Below, piece by piece: positions 1 to 8,992 of a DNA stretch of 64,000 nucleotides. Position 1 is the stretch's first letter, and every line of letters begins with the position of its first letter. The notes beneath the pieces are model-generated. The model did not search any database. It saw nothing but the letters and a program-made list of their open reading frames with translations, and had not been told where the DNA came from. This DNA comes from Paracoccaceae bacterium. GTDB taxonomy: Bacteria; Pseudomonadota; Alphaproteobacteria; Rhodobacterales; Rhodobacteraceae. The position numbers and the translations under genes were made by a program. The stretch lies in assembly GCA_018223085.1 (NCBI GenBank), contig JAAEZB010000004.1, positions 6,284 to 70,283 of the forward strand. Direction: 5' to 3'.

Positions 1-1109
1 TTACGGCGGCAAGCCAGCCGGAATCAACTCTCCGCCTTGAACAGGTTGCACGGGCCGCCGGGGATGTGACGCAATCGTTCAAGGATATTTCGTCCGGGAT
101 TCAGGAGATGAGGGGCGAGGCGGATTCCACGATCAACAGCATGGTCGAGCGTATGAATGACTTGCTTACAGAGGTCGAGAATCTCAATGTTTCGATCATC
201 AGCGCCAAAAGCCGGGGGCAATCGACCGCCGGGTATGAGGATGCGCGCCAGCAGATGATAGACGAGATTTCGGTCATGGTCCCTGTGCGCCAGATGCCGC
301 GGGATCATGGCGCGGTGGCGCTTGTGTCAGAAGGTGGGGCGATCCTGCTGGATGGCAGCGCCCAGGAACTCGTGTTCGAGCCGACGCGATTTGTTGGCGT
401 GTATCAGGACATGGAAAACGGTGCCTTGTCCGGTATCACCCTTGGCAATGGTCAGGAGGTCTGGAGTAGCGCGCGGCAGATGCTTTCGGGCGGTGCGCTT
501 GCGGCCGAATTTGCAATTCGTGACGAGAGCACGGCCAACGCGCAAGCACAGTTGGATGGGCTCGCACGCGATCTTGTCGAACGGTTTCAGGATAGCGGCG
601 TTGACCCAACCCTCGCGTCCGGTGCGCCGGGGCTCTTTACCGATGCGGGGGCCGCGTTTGATGCCAGCGATGAGACCGGCCTTGCGGCGCGGATTTCTCT
701 TAATGCCCTTATAGACCCGGATGCCGGCGGCGAGGTGTGGCGCCTGCGCGATGGTCTTGGCGCGGCGTCGGTTGGGACGACCGGGGATGGCACATTGTTA
801 CAATCTCTCGGTGCGGCACTTGCGGCTAATCTGGTGCCGTCTTCTGCTGCGTTGAGTGGGCGGGGTGGCTCTTTGCACGATCTGGCGACACAGGTTGTTT
901 CGGCGGTGAGTGCGGATCGCCTTGCTTCGGAACAAACCCTTTCTTTTCATGTCGGGCAGCTTGAAGAACTGCAGGCGCAGGAGCTTGCCAATGGTGTCGA
1001 CAGCGACCGGGAATTGCAAAACCTCCTTCTTATTGAACAGAGCTATGCCGCCAATGCCCGGGTGATCGAGACCATAGACGAAATGATGACAACCCTGATG
1101 AGGCTTTGA
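1..1109 (+). CDS. flgK: flagellar hook-associated protein 1 (5'-truncated by window edge)
   Basis: Frame is open from base 3 (TAASQPESTLRLEQ...); C-terminal GVDSDRELQNLLLIEQSYAANARVIETIDEM axial-protein motif; followed by flgL. Confidence 0.93.
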   Translation, partial: TAASQPESTLRLEQVARAAGDVTQSFKDISSGIQEMRGEADSTINSMVERMNDLLTEVENLNVSIISAKSRGQSTAGYEDARQQMIDEISVMVPVRQMPRDHGAVALVSEGGAILLDGSAQELVFEPTRFVGVYQDMENGALSGITLGNGQEVWSSARQMLSGGALAAEFAIRDESTANAQAQLDGLARDLVERFQDSGVDPTLASGAPGLFTDAGAAFDASDETGLAARISLNALIDPDAGGEVWRLRDGLGAASVGTTGDGTLLQSLGAALAANLVPSSAALSGRGGSLHDLATQVVSAVSADRLASEQTLSFHVGQLEELQAQELANGVDSDRELQNLLLIEQSYAANARVIETIDEMMTTLMRL

Positions 1110-1112
1110 TCC

Positions 1113-2123
1113 ATGAGTGTAACCGGTATCGGAGATATGGCCCTGCATTTCATGCTCGGGCGGCAGAATACGCGGCTTAATGAAGAGCTCACATCGCTGA
1201 CCACGATGTTGTCGACTGGTGAGGTGCTCGACAAGGCCAACCCGGTTACGGGCGATTACTTTGTGCTTGGCGATATTGAGCGATCAACGCGGCTTCTTGA
1301 TGCCTATGATACGGCGACGACCGAGGCGGGGATCTTTTTATCGACGGCTCAAGCGGCGCTCGCATCGGTGCAGGACGGGGCACAATCGCTTGCGTCCGAC
1401 CTCATGACGGCGGCGCAATCAGGGACCGGCACGGGGTTGAGCGTTGCTGGGCAAAACGCAAGAGAGGCGTTTCTCGGAATTGTCTCAAATCTTAATGCGA
1501 CGGTCACCGGGCGCGCTGTTTTTGCCGGAAGTGGCACCGATGGGGCGGCGCTTGCCGATGGCGATGCGATCCTAGAGGCGCTTGCCATGGCCTTGTCCGG
1601 GGAAACGACGGCGACGGGGATCAAGGCTGGAATCGAGGCCTGGTTCATGGATGCCGGAGGTGGATTCGAGGCGTCGGGTTATGCCGGGGAAACCGATGTG
1701 TTGGCCCCGTTTCAGCTTAATCGTGGAACCTCGGCTCAGTTCGGGGTGCGGGCCGACCGGGTGGAAATTCGCGAGGTTCTTGTGCAGGTGGCGACGGCAG
1801 CCTTTGCTACGGATGAGTCTTTTGGTTTGTCCCTGTCGGCGCAACAAGGCCTTTTGCAGGATGCCGGGGAAGGCCTTCTTGCGCGTCTTGACGGGCTGAC
1901 CGAATTGCGCGCCGAAACCGGGGCGCTCGAAGAGCGGGTGGAGCAGGCCGAAGTGCGTAATGCCTCTGCCCGAGCCAGCCTTGAGATCAGCCGCGCCGAT
2001 CTTATCGGGGCCGATCCCTATGACACGGCGACGCGGCTTCAATCGACCCAAACACAGCTTGAATTGCTCTACACAGCGACAGCGCGCCTGTCGCAACTCA
2101 CCCTCGCAAACTATCTTGGATAA
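1113..2123 (+). CDS. flgL: flagellar hook-associated protein 3 (flagellin-like)
   Basis: Flagellin-family termini (LSTGE...; DPYDTATRLQSTQTQLELLYTATARLSQLTLANYL); lies after flgK. Confidence 0.88.
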   Translation: MSVTGIGDMALHFMLGRQNTRLNEELTSLTTMLSTGEVLDKANPVTGDYFVLGDIERSTRLLDAYDTATTEAGIFLSTAQAALASVQDGAQSLASDLMTAAQSGTGTGLSVAGQNAREAFLGIVSNLNATVTGRAVFAGSGTDGAALADGDAILEALAMALSGETTATGIKAGIEAWFMDAGGGFEASGYAGETDVLAPFQLNRGTSAQFGVRADRVEIREVLVQVATAAFATDESFGLSLSAQQGLLQDAGEGLLARLDGLTELRAETGALEERVEQAEVRNASARASLEISRADLIGADPYDTATRLQSTQTQLELLYTATARLSQLTLANYLG

Positions 2124-3235
2124 TGCCCATGTCCCGCTTCTTCTGCCTATGTTTTGCTCTCATGTTCATGATGCCGGCCATGGCTTTGGCGAGTCCGGTG
2201 CGGATCAAGGATTTGGTCGAATTTGACGGGGTGCGAGGCAATGATCTTGTGGGCTACGGGCTTGTTGTTGGATTGAACGGAACCGGGGACGGGTTACGCA
2301 ACGCGCCTTTTACCGAAGAAATCGTGTCCAACATCCTTGAGCGTCTTGGGGTCAATGTCGCGGGTGAGCAGATGCGACCCAAAAATGTCGCGGCGGTCCT
2401 CGTGACCGGGGAGTTGCCGGCTTTTGCGCGGGCAGGCGGGCGGATTGATGTGACGGTTTCCGCCATTGGGGATGCCAAGAGCCTGTTGGGCGGGACCCTT
2501 ATCATGACACCGCTTAATGCGGCGGACGGGCTTATTTATGCGGTGGCGCAGGGGGCGGTGATTGCTGGCGGTGCCTCAGCGGAGGGGGATGCAGCTCAGG
2601 TCGTGCAAGGCGTGCCAACCTCCGGGGTCATCCCGGCGGGTGCGCGGGTCGAGCGCGAGGTGGAGTTTGATTTTGCGGCGATGACGAGCCTTCGGTTGGC
2701 CCTGCGCGAGCCGGATTTCACCACGGCGGGACGCGTCGAGGCGGCGATTAACCAACGGTTTGGTCGCCAGGTGGCGATCATGCGCGATGCGGGCACGGTG
2801 CACCTTGATCTTGGCGGCGCCAACAGGCGGTCTCCGGCCCATGTTATCGCGACGATTGAAAACCTGCCTGTCGAGCCGGAGCGCAAAGCGCGTGTTGTGG
2901 TAGATCAGCGGTCGGGGACGATCGTGATGGGCGAAGATGTGCGGATTTCACGGGTGGCCGTGTCGCAGGGGAACCTGACCCTGCGGGTCAGTGAGGCCCC
3001 ATTGGCCGTGCAGCCGAACCCCTTTGCCGATGGCGAGACGGTTGTCGTTCCAAGAAGTCGGGCCGAGATTGAAGAGGAAGAGGGCGTTGGCCTTGCCGAG
3101 GTTGCGGGCGGCACATCGCTAAGCGAAGTGGTTGAGGGGCTAAATGCCCTTGGTGTTCAGCCGCGCGACATGATCGACATCCTGAAAAGTATCAAGGCCG
3201 CAGGCGCGCTTCATGCGGAGTTCGTGGTGCGGTAA
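2123..3235 (+). CDS. flgI: flagellar P-ring protein
   Basis: Signal peptide then RIKDLVEFDGVRGNDLVGYGLVVGLNGTGD; C-terminal AAGALHAE. Confidence 0.97.
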   Translation: MPMSRFFCLCFALMFMMPAMALASPVRIKDLVEFDGVRGNDLVGYGLVVGLNGTGDGLRNAPFTEEIVSNILERLGVNVAGEQMRPKNVAAVLVTGELPAFARAGGRIDVTVSAIGDAKSLLGGTLIMTPLNAADGLIYAVAQGAVIAGGASAEGDAAQVVQGVPTSGVIPAGARVEREVEFDFAAMTSLRLALREPDFTTAGRVEAAINQRFGRQVAIMRDAGTVHLDLGGANRRSPAHVIATIENLPVEPERKARVVVDQRSGTIVMGEDVRISRVAVSQGNLTLRVSEAPLAVQPNPFADGETVVVPRSRAEIEEEEGVGLAEVAGGTSLSEVVEGLNALGVQPRDMIDILKSIKAAGALHAEFVVR

Positions 3236-3251
3236 GGGGCTATGTTTTCGG

Positions 3252-3989
3252 CTAAAAATAGCCGCGCACGAGGCTCGCTGCAATGAGGCTCCAGCCGTCT
3301 GCGATCACGAAGAAGGCGAGCTTGAATGGCAGGGAGACAATCGCGGGCGGCACCATCATCATCCCCATGGACATCAGGATTGCCGCCACGACGAGGTCGA
3401 TGACAAGGAACGGCAGAAAGATAAGAAACCCGACCTGAAAAGCGCGGGCGATTTCAGAGAGCAGGAAGCTTGGGACAAGAACCGAGAGGGGCGCGTCCTT
3501 GATCGCTTCCGCGGCGACAGCTTCGCTGCGTAGAGCGGCCATGGCCTCAAACGTTTCAAAGTCAACACGGGCGGACATGAAAGCGCGAAACGGGACCAAA
3601 ACACGCTCCAACGCCTGTTCTAGGGGGAGTTTCTCTTCGAGATAGGGCGAAAGGCCCGTGGTCCAAGCCTCGGTAAAGACGGGATCCATGACGTAGTAGG
3701 TCAGGAACAGCGCCAGACTCACGATAAGCATGTTGGGCGGGGATTGTTGAAGCCCGATCGCTTGTCTCAGGATTGCAAGGACGGTCACGATGAAGGGAAA
3801 GCAGGTCACCATGATGGCGATTCCCGGCGCAAGGCTCAGGACCGTTATCAGGAGGATGAGTTGCACGCCCTGCGTCGTCAGCGATCCGCCTTCACCAAGA
3901 GCAATCGAGATATCTTGCGCATTGGCCGGAGATGCCAGAGCGACCACGGCAAAGGCAGAGTAGGCCGCGAAGCGAAGCAAGGGCATCAT
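3252..3989 (-). CDS. fliP: flagellar export gate protein FliP
   Basis: LRQAIGLQQSPPN and MGMMMVPPAIVSLPFKLAFFVIADGW motifs. Confidence 0.97.
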   Translation of the reverse strand: MMPLLRFAAYSAFAVVALASPANAQDISIALGEGGSLTTQGVQLILLITVLSLAPGIAIMVTCFPFIVTVLAILRQAIGLQQSPPNMLIVSLALFLTYYVMDPVFTEAWTTGLSPYLEEKLPLEQALERVLVPFRAFMSARVDFETFEAMAALRSEAVAAEAIKDAPLSVLVPSFLLSEIARAFQVGFLIFLPFLVIDLVVAAILMSMGMMMVPPAIVSLPFKLAFFVIADGWSLIAASLVRGYF

Positions 3990-4264
3990 TTCTGACCGTC
4001 GAGCGCCACGACTTCGGTCAGGCGCACGGCAAGCTGGCCTTTTTGGGCGCCGTCGAGCTCTTCGAGGGAGCCACGCGCGATCAGGCGATCTCCGACATAA
4101 AGCTCGACCGGATCTTCGACCTGACGATCAAGCGGCAGCACATCATTTTTACCAAGCTCCAGCAGATCGCCAATGAAGGGGCGGGCCTTGCCGACGGAGA
4201 TCGTGACTTCGATAGGCACGTTGATAAAGGGGCTCCCGGACGGGTTCGCATTGGTTTCGGTCAT
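3986..4264 (-). CDS. fliN: flagellar motor switch protein FliN
   Basis: 92-aa SpoA domain (VPIEVTISVG...LIARGSL...LAVRLTEV). Confidence 0.9.
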   Translation of the reverse strand: MTETNANPSGSPFINVPIEVTISVGKARPFIGDLLELGKNDVLPLDRQVEDPVELYVGDRLIARGSLEELDGAQKGQLAVRLTEVVALDGQK

Positions 4265-4848
4265 GGGCGGGTTCCTTTTTGGGCTTGCTGTACGAGGCCA
4301 GAGAATGCTTCGCTGACGCTGGCCACGATTTCGGCGACATCGATGCGGCGTTCGCGGTGTCCAAAGGCCAGCTGTGCCTGACCCGCGGTGAGGGTCTCGT
4401 CGATCTCGACCCGCGTTGGCAGCGAGGCCGAATCTGGCAGGAGATCCTCGACCGCGTTCAGGTCTTCTGCGGCAACGCGCAGGAGGATTTCGCCGTTATT
4501 GTCCTGACCGGTAAGACGGGTGATTTCGGCGGCGACCTGCATCCCGAAGCCCGCGCGTGCGATTTCCGGCACCACGGCCATCACGGCCTGTTCCACGACG
4601 GGCGCAATCTCGGCCAGAATGGCGGCGTGGGCTTCGTGATATGTAAAGGACAGGTCTTCGAGATTGCGGGCCAGTTCAGCCGAGACATGGGTTTGTTCCT
4701 CGGATTTGGCGCGCACGGCGTCTTCCCAGCCAGCCTTGTAGCCCTGTTCGAAAGATTCCAAGAGCTCGGTATCCTCCTGCTCGGACGATGGCGAAGCATC
4801 CTTGGCCAGACCATCGGCGAAATCCTCAAGGAGATGTTGGATCGACAT
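4261..4848 (-). CDS. fliH: FliH-like flagellar export protein
   Basis: ESFEQGYKAGWEDA GxxxG helix, C-terminal DETLTAGQ; lies between fliF and fliN. Confidence 0.75.
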   Translation of the reverse strand: MSIQHLLEDFADGLAKDASPSSEQEDTELLESFEQGYKAGWEDAVRAKSEEQTHVSAELARNLEDLSFTYHEAHAAILAEIAPVVEQAVMAVVPEIARAGFGMQVAAEITRLTGQDNNGEILLRVAAEDLNAVEDLLPDSASLPTRVEIDETLTAGQAQLAFGHRERRIDVAEIVASVSEAFSGLVQQAQKGTRP

Positions 4849-6455
4849 CAGGTATGCTCCTTGGGTTCTTCAAGCCAGTTGCGCAGAATTTCCACGGTTT
4901 CCTCCTGTCGATCAGCAATCAGCGCGCGCAGGCGCTCGACCGGATCAGGGGCTGCACCAACCCCGGCCTGAGCGGCGATAGCGGGGAGGCTGGCGTCGTC
5001 GACTGGCGGATTGATCTCTGATTCGGTGCTCTGAATCTCACCAGTCAGGGCCGGGGCTCCGGAATCGCGGGAAAGAGGCCGGGGCGCATCAGAGGGCAGG
5101 GGGAGGGCGGGTGTCTCGACCGATTTGGACAGAAGGGGGCGCAACACGAAGAGCGCCAGGACGATCGCGACGATGGCGAGAATAGCCAGTTGGACCAAGG
5201 TCATGAGGTTGATATCGGCAAGAGAGGGCAGAGCGCCCGCCGAGGGTGTGCCGTCGATTGCAATCGGCTCAAAGCTCATGGATTTGAGCGTTACGATATC
5301 CCCGCGCCCGGCGTCAAAGCCGATGGCCGACTGAACCAGTTCACGCAAGGTTTCAAGCTCGTCCGCCGGGCGTTCGATGATGGATATCGTTCCGTCTTCG
5401 CCCGTTTCGGCAATCCCGTTGACGAGCACCGCAGCGGTGATGCGGCGGATTGCGCCGGCCTCACGACTGACTTCGCGCTGGGTCTCGGAGACTTCGTAAT
5501 TCACGCGCTCACGGGTTTCGCTATTCTGGCGACTTGACCCGTTGGCGCCGGTGTCGCCATCCGGCAGGTTCGAGGCAACGGTCACCTGCCCCGCGGCATC
5601 GTTTTTGGCGTTGGTGCTGCGTTCCTCGGATTCGGTGCTGATGGCGACGCGGCTATCGGGGTCAAAGCGGCGTTCGCGGATTGTCTCGCTCTCGGTCACG
5701 GTATCAATACTGACCTCGACAACAGCGTTGCCATACCCGACGCGCGCCTCAAGCAGGCGGCGGACCTTATCCCCAAGCGCCGCGCCGCGGCTTTCAATGG
5801 AATGAGCGGCGGAGACTTCGTTCGGGCCACCGATCAGACGCCCAGATGCATCAATAACGGCGACATCTTCGGGGGACAGGCCGGAGACGGCAGAGGCGAT
5901 GAGAAAGCGAAAAGCGCGGGCTTGTTCAGGGGCGATTTCGCCGCCGCGGGTTGTCACCGTGACGGAGGCGGTTGGTGTGATTCGTCTCTGAAACGGGGTC
6001 GATCCGGCATGGGCGATATGCACGCGGGCGGACTCGACATTCGTTGCGCCGACAATGGTTCGGGCCAGTTCGCCCTCTTTGGCGCGCCAATAGGCGGCAT
6101 CGAACATCTGGGCCGTGGTGCCAAAGCCGGACAGGGAATCGAGGATTTCATACCCGCTACTGCCATTGGACGGCAGCCCGTCGCTGGCCAGAGTCATGCG
6201 CAGCTCATCCCTTTGGGATGATTCCACATAAATGGCACCGCCACGTACCTTATATGAGGCACCGCGCTGCTCAAGGGCGCGCACGACGTCGCCGGCCGGG
6301 CCGCTTTCCAGCCCACTATAGAGCAGCACGAGATTCGGAGCGGATGCGAGCCGCGCAAGCCCGATGACCGCTCCGAAAACCGCAATCGTGGCGAGGGCCA
6401 GAACGGCTTTCTGCCGGTTGGAGAAAGATTTCCACAAATTCAAAAGCTGCGACAC
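4848..6455 (-). CDS. fliF: flagellar MS-ring protein
   Basis: GYEILDSLSGFGTT, AKEGELARTI, two TM helices; start moved to GTG at 6455, which follows a GGAGG RBS (the track ORF overlaps fliL). Confidence 0.96.
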   Translation of the reverse strand: MSQLLNLWKSFSNRQKAVLALATIAVFGAVIGLARLASAPNLVLLYSGLESGPAGDVVRALEQRGASYKVRGGAIYVESSQRDELRMTLASDGLPSNGSSGYEILDSLSGFGTTAQMFDAAYWRAKEGELARTIVGATNVESARVHIAHAGSTPFQRRITPTASVTVTTRGGEIAPEQARAFRFLIASAVSGLSPEDVAVIDASGRLIGGPNEVSAAHSIESRGAALGDKVRRLLEARVGYGNAVVEVSIDTVTESETIRERRFDPDSRVAISTESEERSTNAKNDAAGQVTVASNLPDGDTGANGSSRQNSETRERVNYEVSETQREVSREAGAIRRITAAVLVNGIAETGEDGTISIIERPADELETLRELVQSAIGFDAGRGDIVTLKSMSFEPIAIDGTPSAGALPSLADINLMTLVQLAILAIVAIVLALFVLRPLLSKSVETPALPLPSDAPRPLSRDSGAPALTGEIQSTESEINPPVDDASLPAIAAQAGVGAAPDPVERLRALIADRQEETVEILRNWLEEPKEHT

Positions 6456-6514
6456 GAGGCCCTCCGTCTCACGGCGCGTTCTGCACCGTCGAGGGCAGTT
6501 TTCGACGAACAGCC

Positions 6515-6529
6515 TTAACAATCGGTTAG
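6515..6529. promoter_or_regulatory. CtrA-like box TTAA-N7-TTAG in the divergent fliF/fliL promoter
   Basis: TTAAcaatcggTTAG; one mismatch to TTAA-N7-TTAA. Confidence 0.65.
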
Positions 6530-6576
6530 TTTCTCTCGGCTTATAGAGGAGGTGTTCGAAGAATTCGGAAAGCCCC

Positions 6577-7068
6577 ATGAGCGATACGGAAGATATTGAA
6601 GATACAAAGTCCGGCAAAGGATCAAAGCTTGTCCTGATCCTGTCCCTTGTCCTTGCGCTATTGGGTGGGGGTGGCGGTTTTTTCGCGATTTATTCGGGGC
6701 TGCTTTTTGCCCCGGAAGAGGCGCATGATGCCACTGAGCCGATGGAAGCAGCTCCTGAGCCGTTGGCTGATGTGGGGTTTGTGAAGATCGAGCCGATTCT
6801 CATTTCCTTTCCGCAAGGCGCAATCGCGCGGCACCTGCGGTTCAGTGCGCATCTTGAGGTTCCGTCGGATCACCTGAAGGAAGTCGAATCGGTTCTGCCG
6901 CGTGTTGTTGATGTGTTGAACGGCTATCTGCGCGCCCTTGAGCCGAAAGATTTCGAACACCCCGCTGCGCTTATTCGTTTGCGTGCCCAGATGTTGCGCC
7001 GGGTGCAGATCGTGACCGGCCAGGGGCGCGTGCGTGATCTGCTTATCGCAGAATTTATATTGAACTGA
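6577..7068 (+). CDS. fliL: flagellar basal body protein FliL
   Basis: N-terminal TM ending GGGGFF; PRVVDVLNGYLR and VRDLLIAEFILN C-terminus. Confidence 0.9.
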   Translation: MSDTEDIEDTKSGKGSKLVLILSLVLALLGGGGGFFAIYSGLLFAPEEAHDATEPMEAAPEPLADVGFVKIEPILISFPQGAIARHLRFSAHLEVPSDHLKEVESVLPRVVDVLNGYLRALEPKDFEHPAALIRLRAQMLRRVQIVTGQGRVRDLLIAEFILN

Positions 7069-7079
7069 CGGAGGACCAC

Positions 7080-7451
7080 ATGGACCTGATCGCGGATATT
7101 CTTCTTGTCGCGGGCGCTCTTGGTGCGGGCGTCTATTGCTTTGTCCTTGCGCGGCGCCTGTCGCGGTTCAACGATCTTGAGACCGGTGTTGGAGGGGCTG
7201 TTGCGGTGCTTTCGGCACAGGTTGATGACCTGACCAAGACACTGGAGGCGGCGCGGACCACAGCCGGGGCCTCGACGGAATCGCTCGAAGGATTGACGGA
7301 TCGGGCTGAGGATGTTGCGCGCCGACTCGAGCTTTTAGTGGCCTCCATGCATGACATCCCGGAGCCGGGCACTGCCCCGCAAAAGCCGCCATCTGCCCCG
7401 GAAGAGCCGGTGTTTATGCGGCACAATGAAACCCGCGCGGGAGAGATTTGA
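7080..7451 (+). CDS. conserved membrane-anchored coiled-coil protein of the flagellar cluster
   Basis: GGAGG RBS; N-terminal TM followed by a heptad region; lies between fliL and the motE-like gene. Confidence 0.8.
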   Translation: MDLIADILLVAGALGAGVYCFVLARRLSRFNDLETGVGGAVAVLSAQVDDLTKTLEAARTTAGASTESLEGLTDRAEDVARRLELLVASMHDIPEPGTAPQKPPSAPEEPVFMRHNETRAGEI

Positions 7452-8050
7452 TGGCGAAGGCGAAGAAGCGCAAAAGCGCCCGCCCGTCGCGCGGCAGTTT
7501 GGTTGCAATCGCGGGTTTCCTTATCGTTTCTGGCGTATTGCGTGTTGCCATCGGTGCGAGCGAAGTCCTTGCACGCGAGCAGGCCCCCGCACCGGAAGAA
7601 GCGCCGCAAATGACGCAGGCTGCGCCGTCTTGCGCCCCTCCGCCGGATATTCAGGCCGTGCTTGATGCTCTCTCGGAACGCGAGGCCCGCATCGAGGCGC
7701 AGGAAAACGCGCTTCGGGATCGTCTTCAGGCGCTGCGTGTTGCGGATGATCAGGTTAGCAAAAAGATGCAACATCTGGCTGCTGCCGAAGAGACCCTGCG
7801 AGAGACCATCGCCCTTGCCGAAGCTGCCTCGGAAAATGATCTCACCCAACTCACGACGGTCTATGAAGCCATGAAACCCAAAGAGGCCGCAGCCCTCTTT
7901 GAGAAGATGGAGCCGGAATTTGCCGCAGGGTTCCTTGGGCGTATGTCTCCGCAGGCGGCGGCGGGCGTGATGGCGGGGCTCTCGCCCGAGGTGGCCTATT
8001 CCATCAGCGTGGTCATTGCCGGGCGAAATGCACGTGTTCCGACGCAATAG
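7451..8050 (+). CDS. motE: MotE/FlbB-like periplasmic motility protein (MgtE N-terminal-like fold)
   Basis: TM, coiled coil, YEAMKPKEAAALFEKM...MSPQAAAGVMAGLSPE repeats. Confidence 0.75.
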   Translation: MAKAKKRKSARPSRGSLVAIAGFLIVSGVLRVAIGASEVLAREQAPAPEEAPQMTQAAPSCAPPPDIQAVLDALSEREARIEAQENALRDRLQALRVADDQVSKKMQHLAAAEETLRETIALAEAASENDLTQLTTVYEAMKPKEAAALFEKMEPEFAAGFLGRMSPQAAAGVMAGLSPEVAYSISVVIAGRNARVPTQ

Positions 8051-8122
8051 GGCTTTTGCAGAGGGTTTCTTAACCCCCTTGGCCCAGAGTTTTCATGTCC
8101 TTGGATCAGCAGGAGAATCGCT

Positions 8123-8992
8123 GTGATCGGTATTGTTGGTGTTGTCCTGATCTTCGTCATGGTGTTTGGCGGGTATATTGCCGCCGGGGGGAAGCTCGCG
8201 ATCATTCTCAAAGCGATGCCGTTCGAGCTTGCCATGATTGGCGGCGCGGCGGTTGGCGCTTTCCTGATCGGCAATGATATGGGCGCGGTGAAACACACGA
8301 TCAAGGACGTGGGTAAGGTCTTCAAGGGGGCTAAGTGGAAGAACGAGGATTACCGCGATCTTCTATGTCTCCTGTTCGAGTTGATCCGGCTTGCGCGGCA
8401 AAATCCAGTTGCCATTGAGGAGCATATCGAGACGCCGGAAACATCGTCGATCTTCGGGAAATACCCCAAGATTCAGTCCGATACCGAGGCTGTGGCGTTG
8501 ATCGCGGATACGATGCGCTCGGCCTCGATGAATTATGATGATCCCCATCAGGTCGAGGAGATTCTTGACAAGCGGATGGAGGCCAGCCTCCACCATGCCC
8601 TGCATTCAAGTCACGCGTTGCAGACTATGGCGGATGGCCTTCCGGCTTTGGGAATCGTGGCGGCGGTGCTTGGCGTGATCAAGACCATGGGTTCGATTGA
8701 TCAGCCGCCGGAAATTCTTGGCAAGATGATCGGCGGCGCGCTTGTTGGGACATTTCTTGGGGTGTTTCTGGCCTATGGGCTTGTCGGGCCCTTTGCGGCC
8801 AAGCTTAAGGCGGTGGTCGAAGAAGATAGCCATTTTTACCATTTGATTCGCGAAGTTCTTGTCGCCAACCTTCACAATCATCCGACCAATATTTGCATCG
8901 AGGTCGGGCGTCAGAACACGCCGGCTCAATCCCGTCCGAGCTTTTCCGATCTTGAAGAAGCCTTGAAGGCGGCCAAGAAGGAGGCGGCCTGA
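8123..8992 (+). CDS. motA: flagellar stator protein MotA
   Basis: DGLPALGIVAAVLGVIKTMGSI, ALVGTFLGVFLAYG, EVGR motifs. Confidence 0.97.
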   Translation: MIGIVGVVLIFVMVFGGYIAAGGKLAIILKAMPFELAMIGGAAVGAFLIGNDMGAVKHTIKDVGKVFKGAKWKNEDYRDLLCLLFELIRLARQNPVAIEEHIETPETSSIFGKYPKIQSDTEAVALIADTMRSASMNYDDPHQVEEILDKRMEASLHHALHSSHALQTMADGLPALGIVAAVLGVIKTMGSIDQPPEILGKMIGGALVGTFLGVFLAYGLVGPFAAKLKAVVEEDSHFYHLIREVLVANLHNHPTNICIEVGRQNTPAQSRPSFSDLEEALKAAKKEAA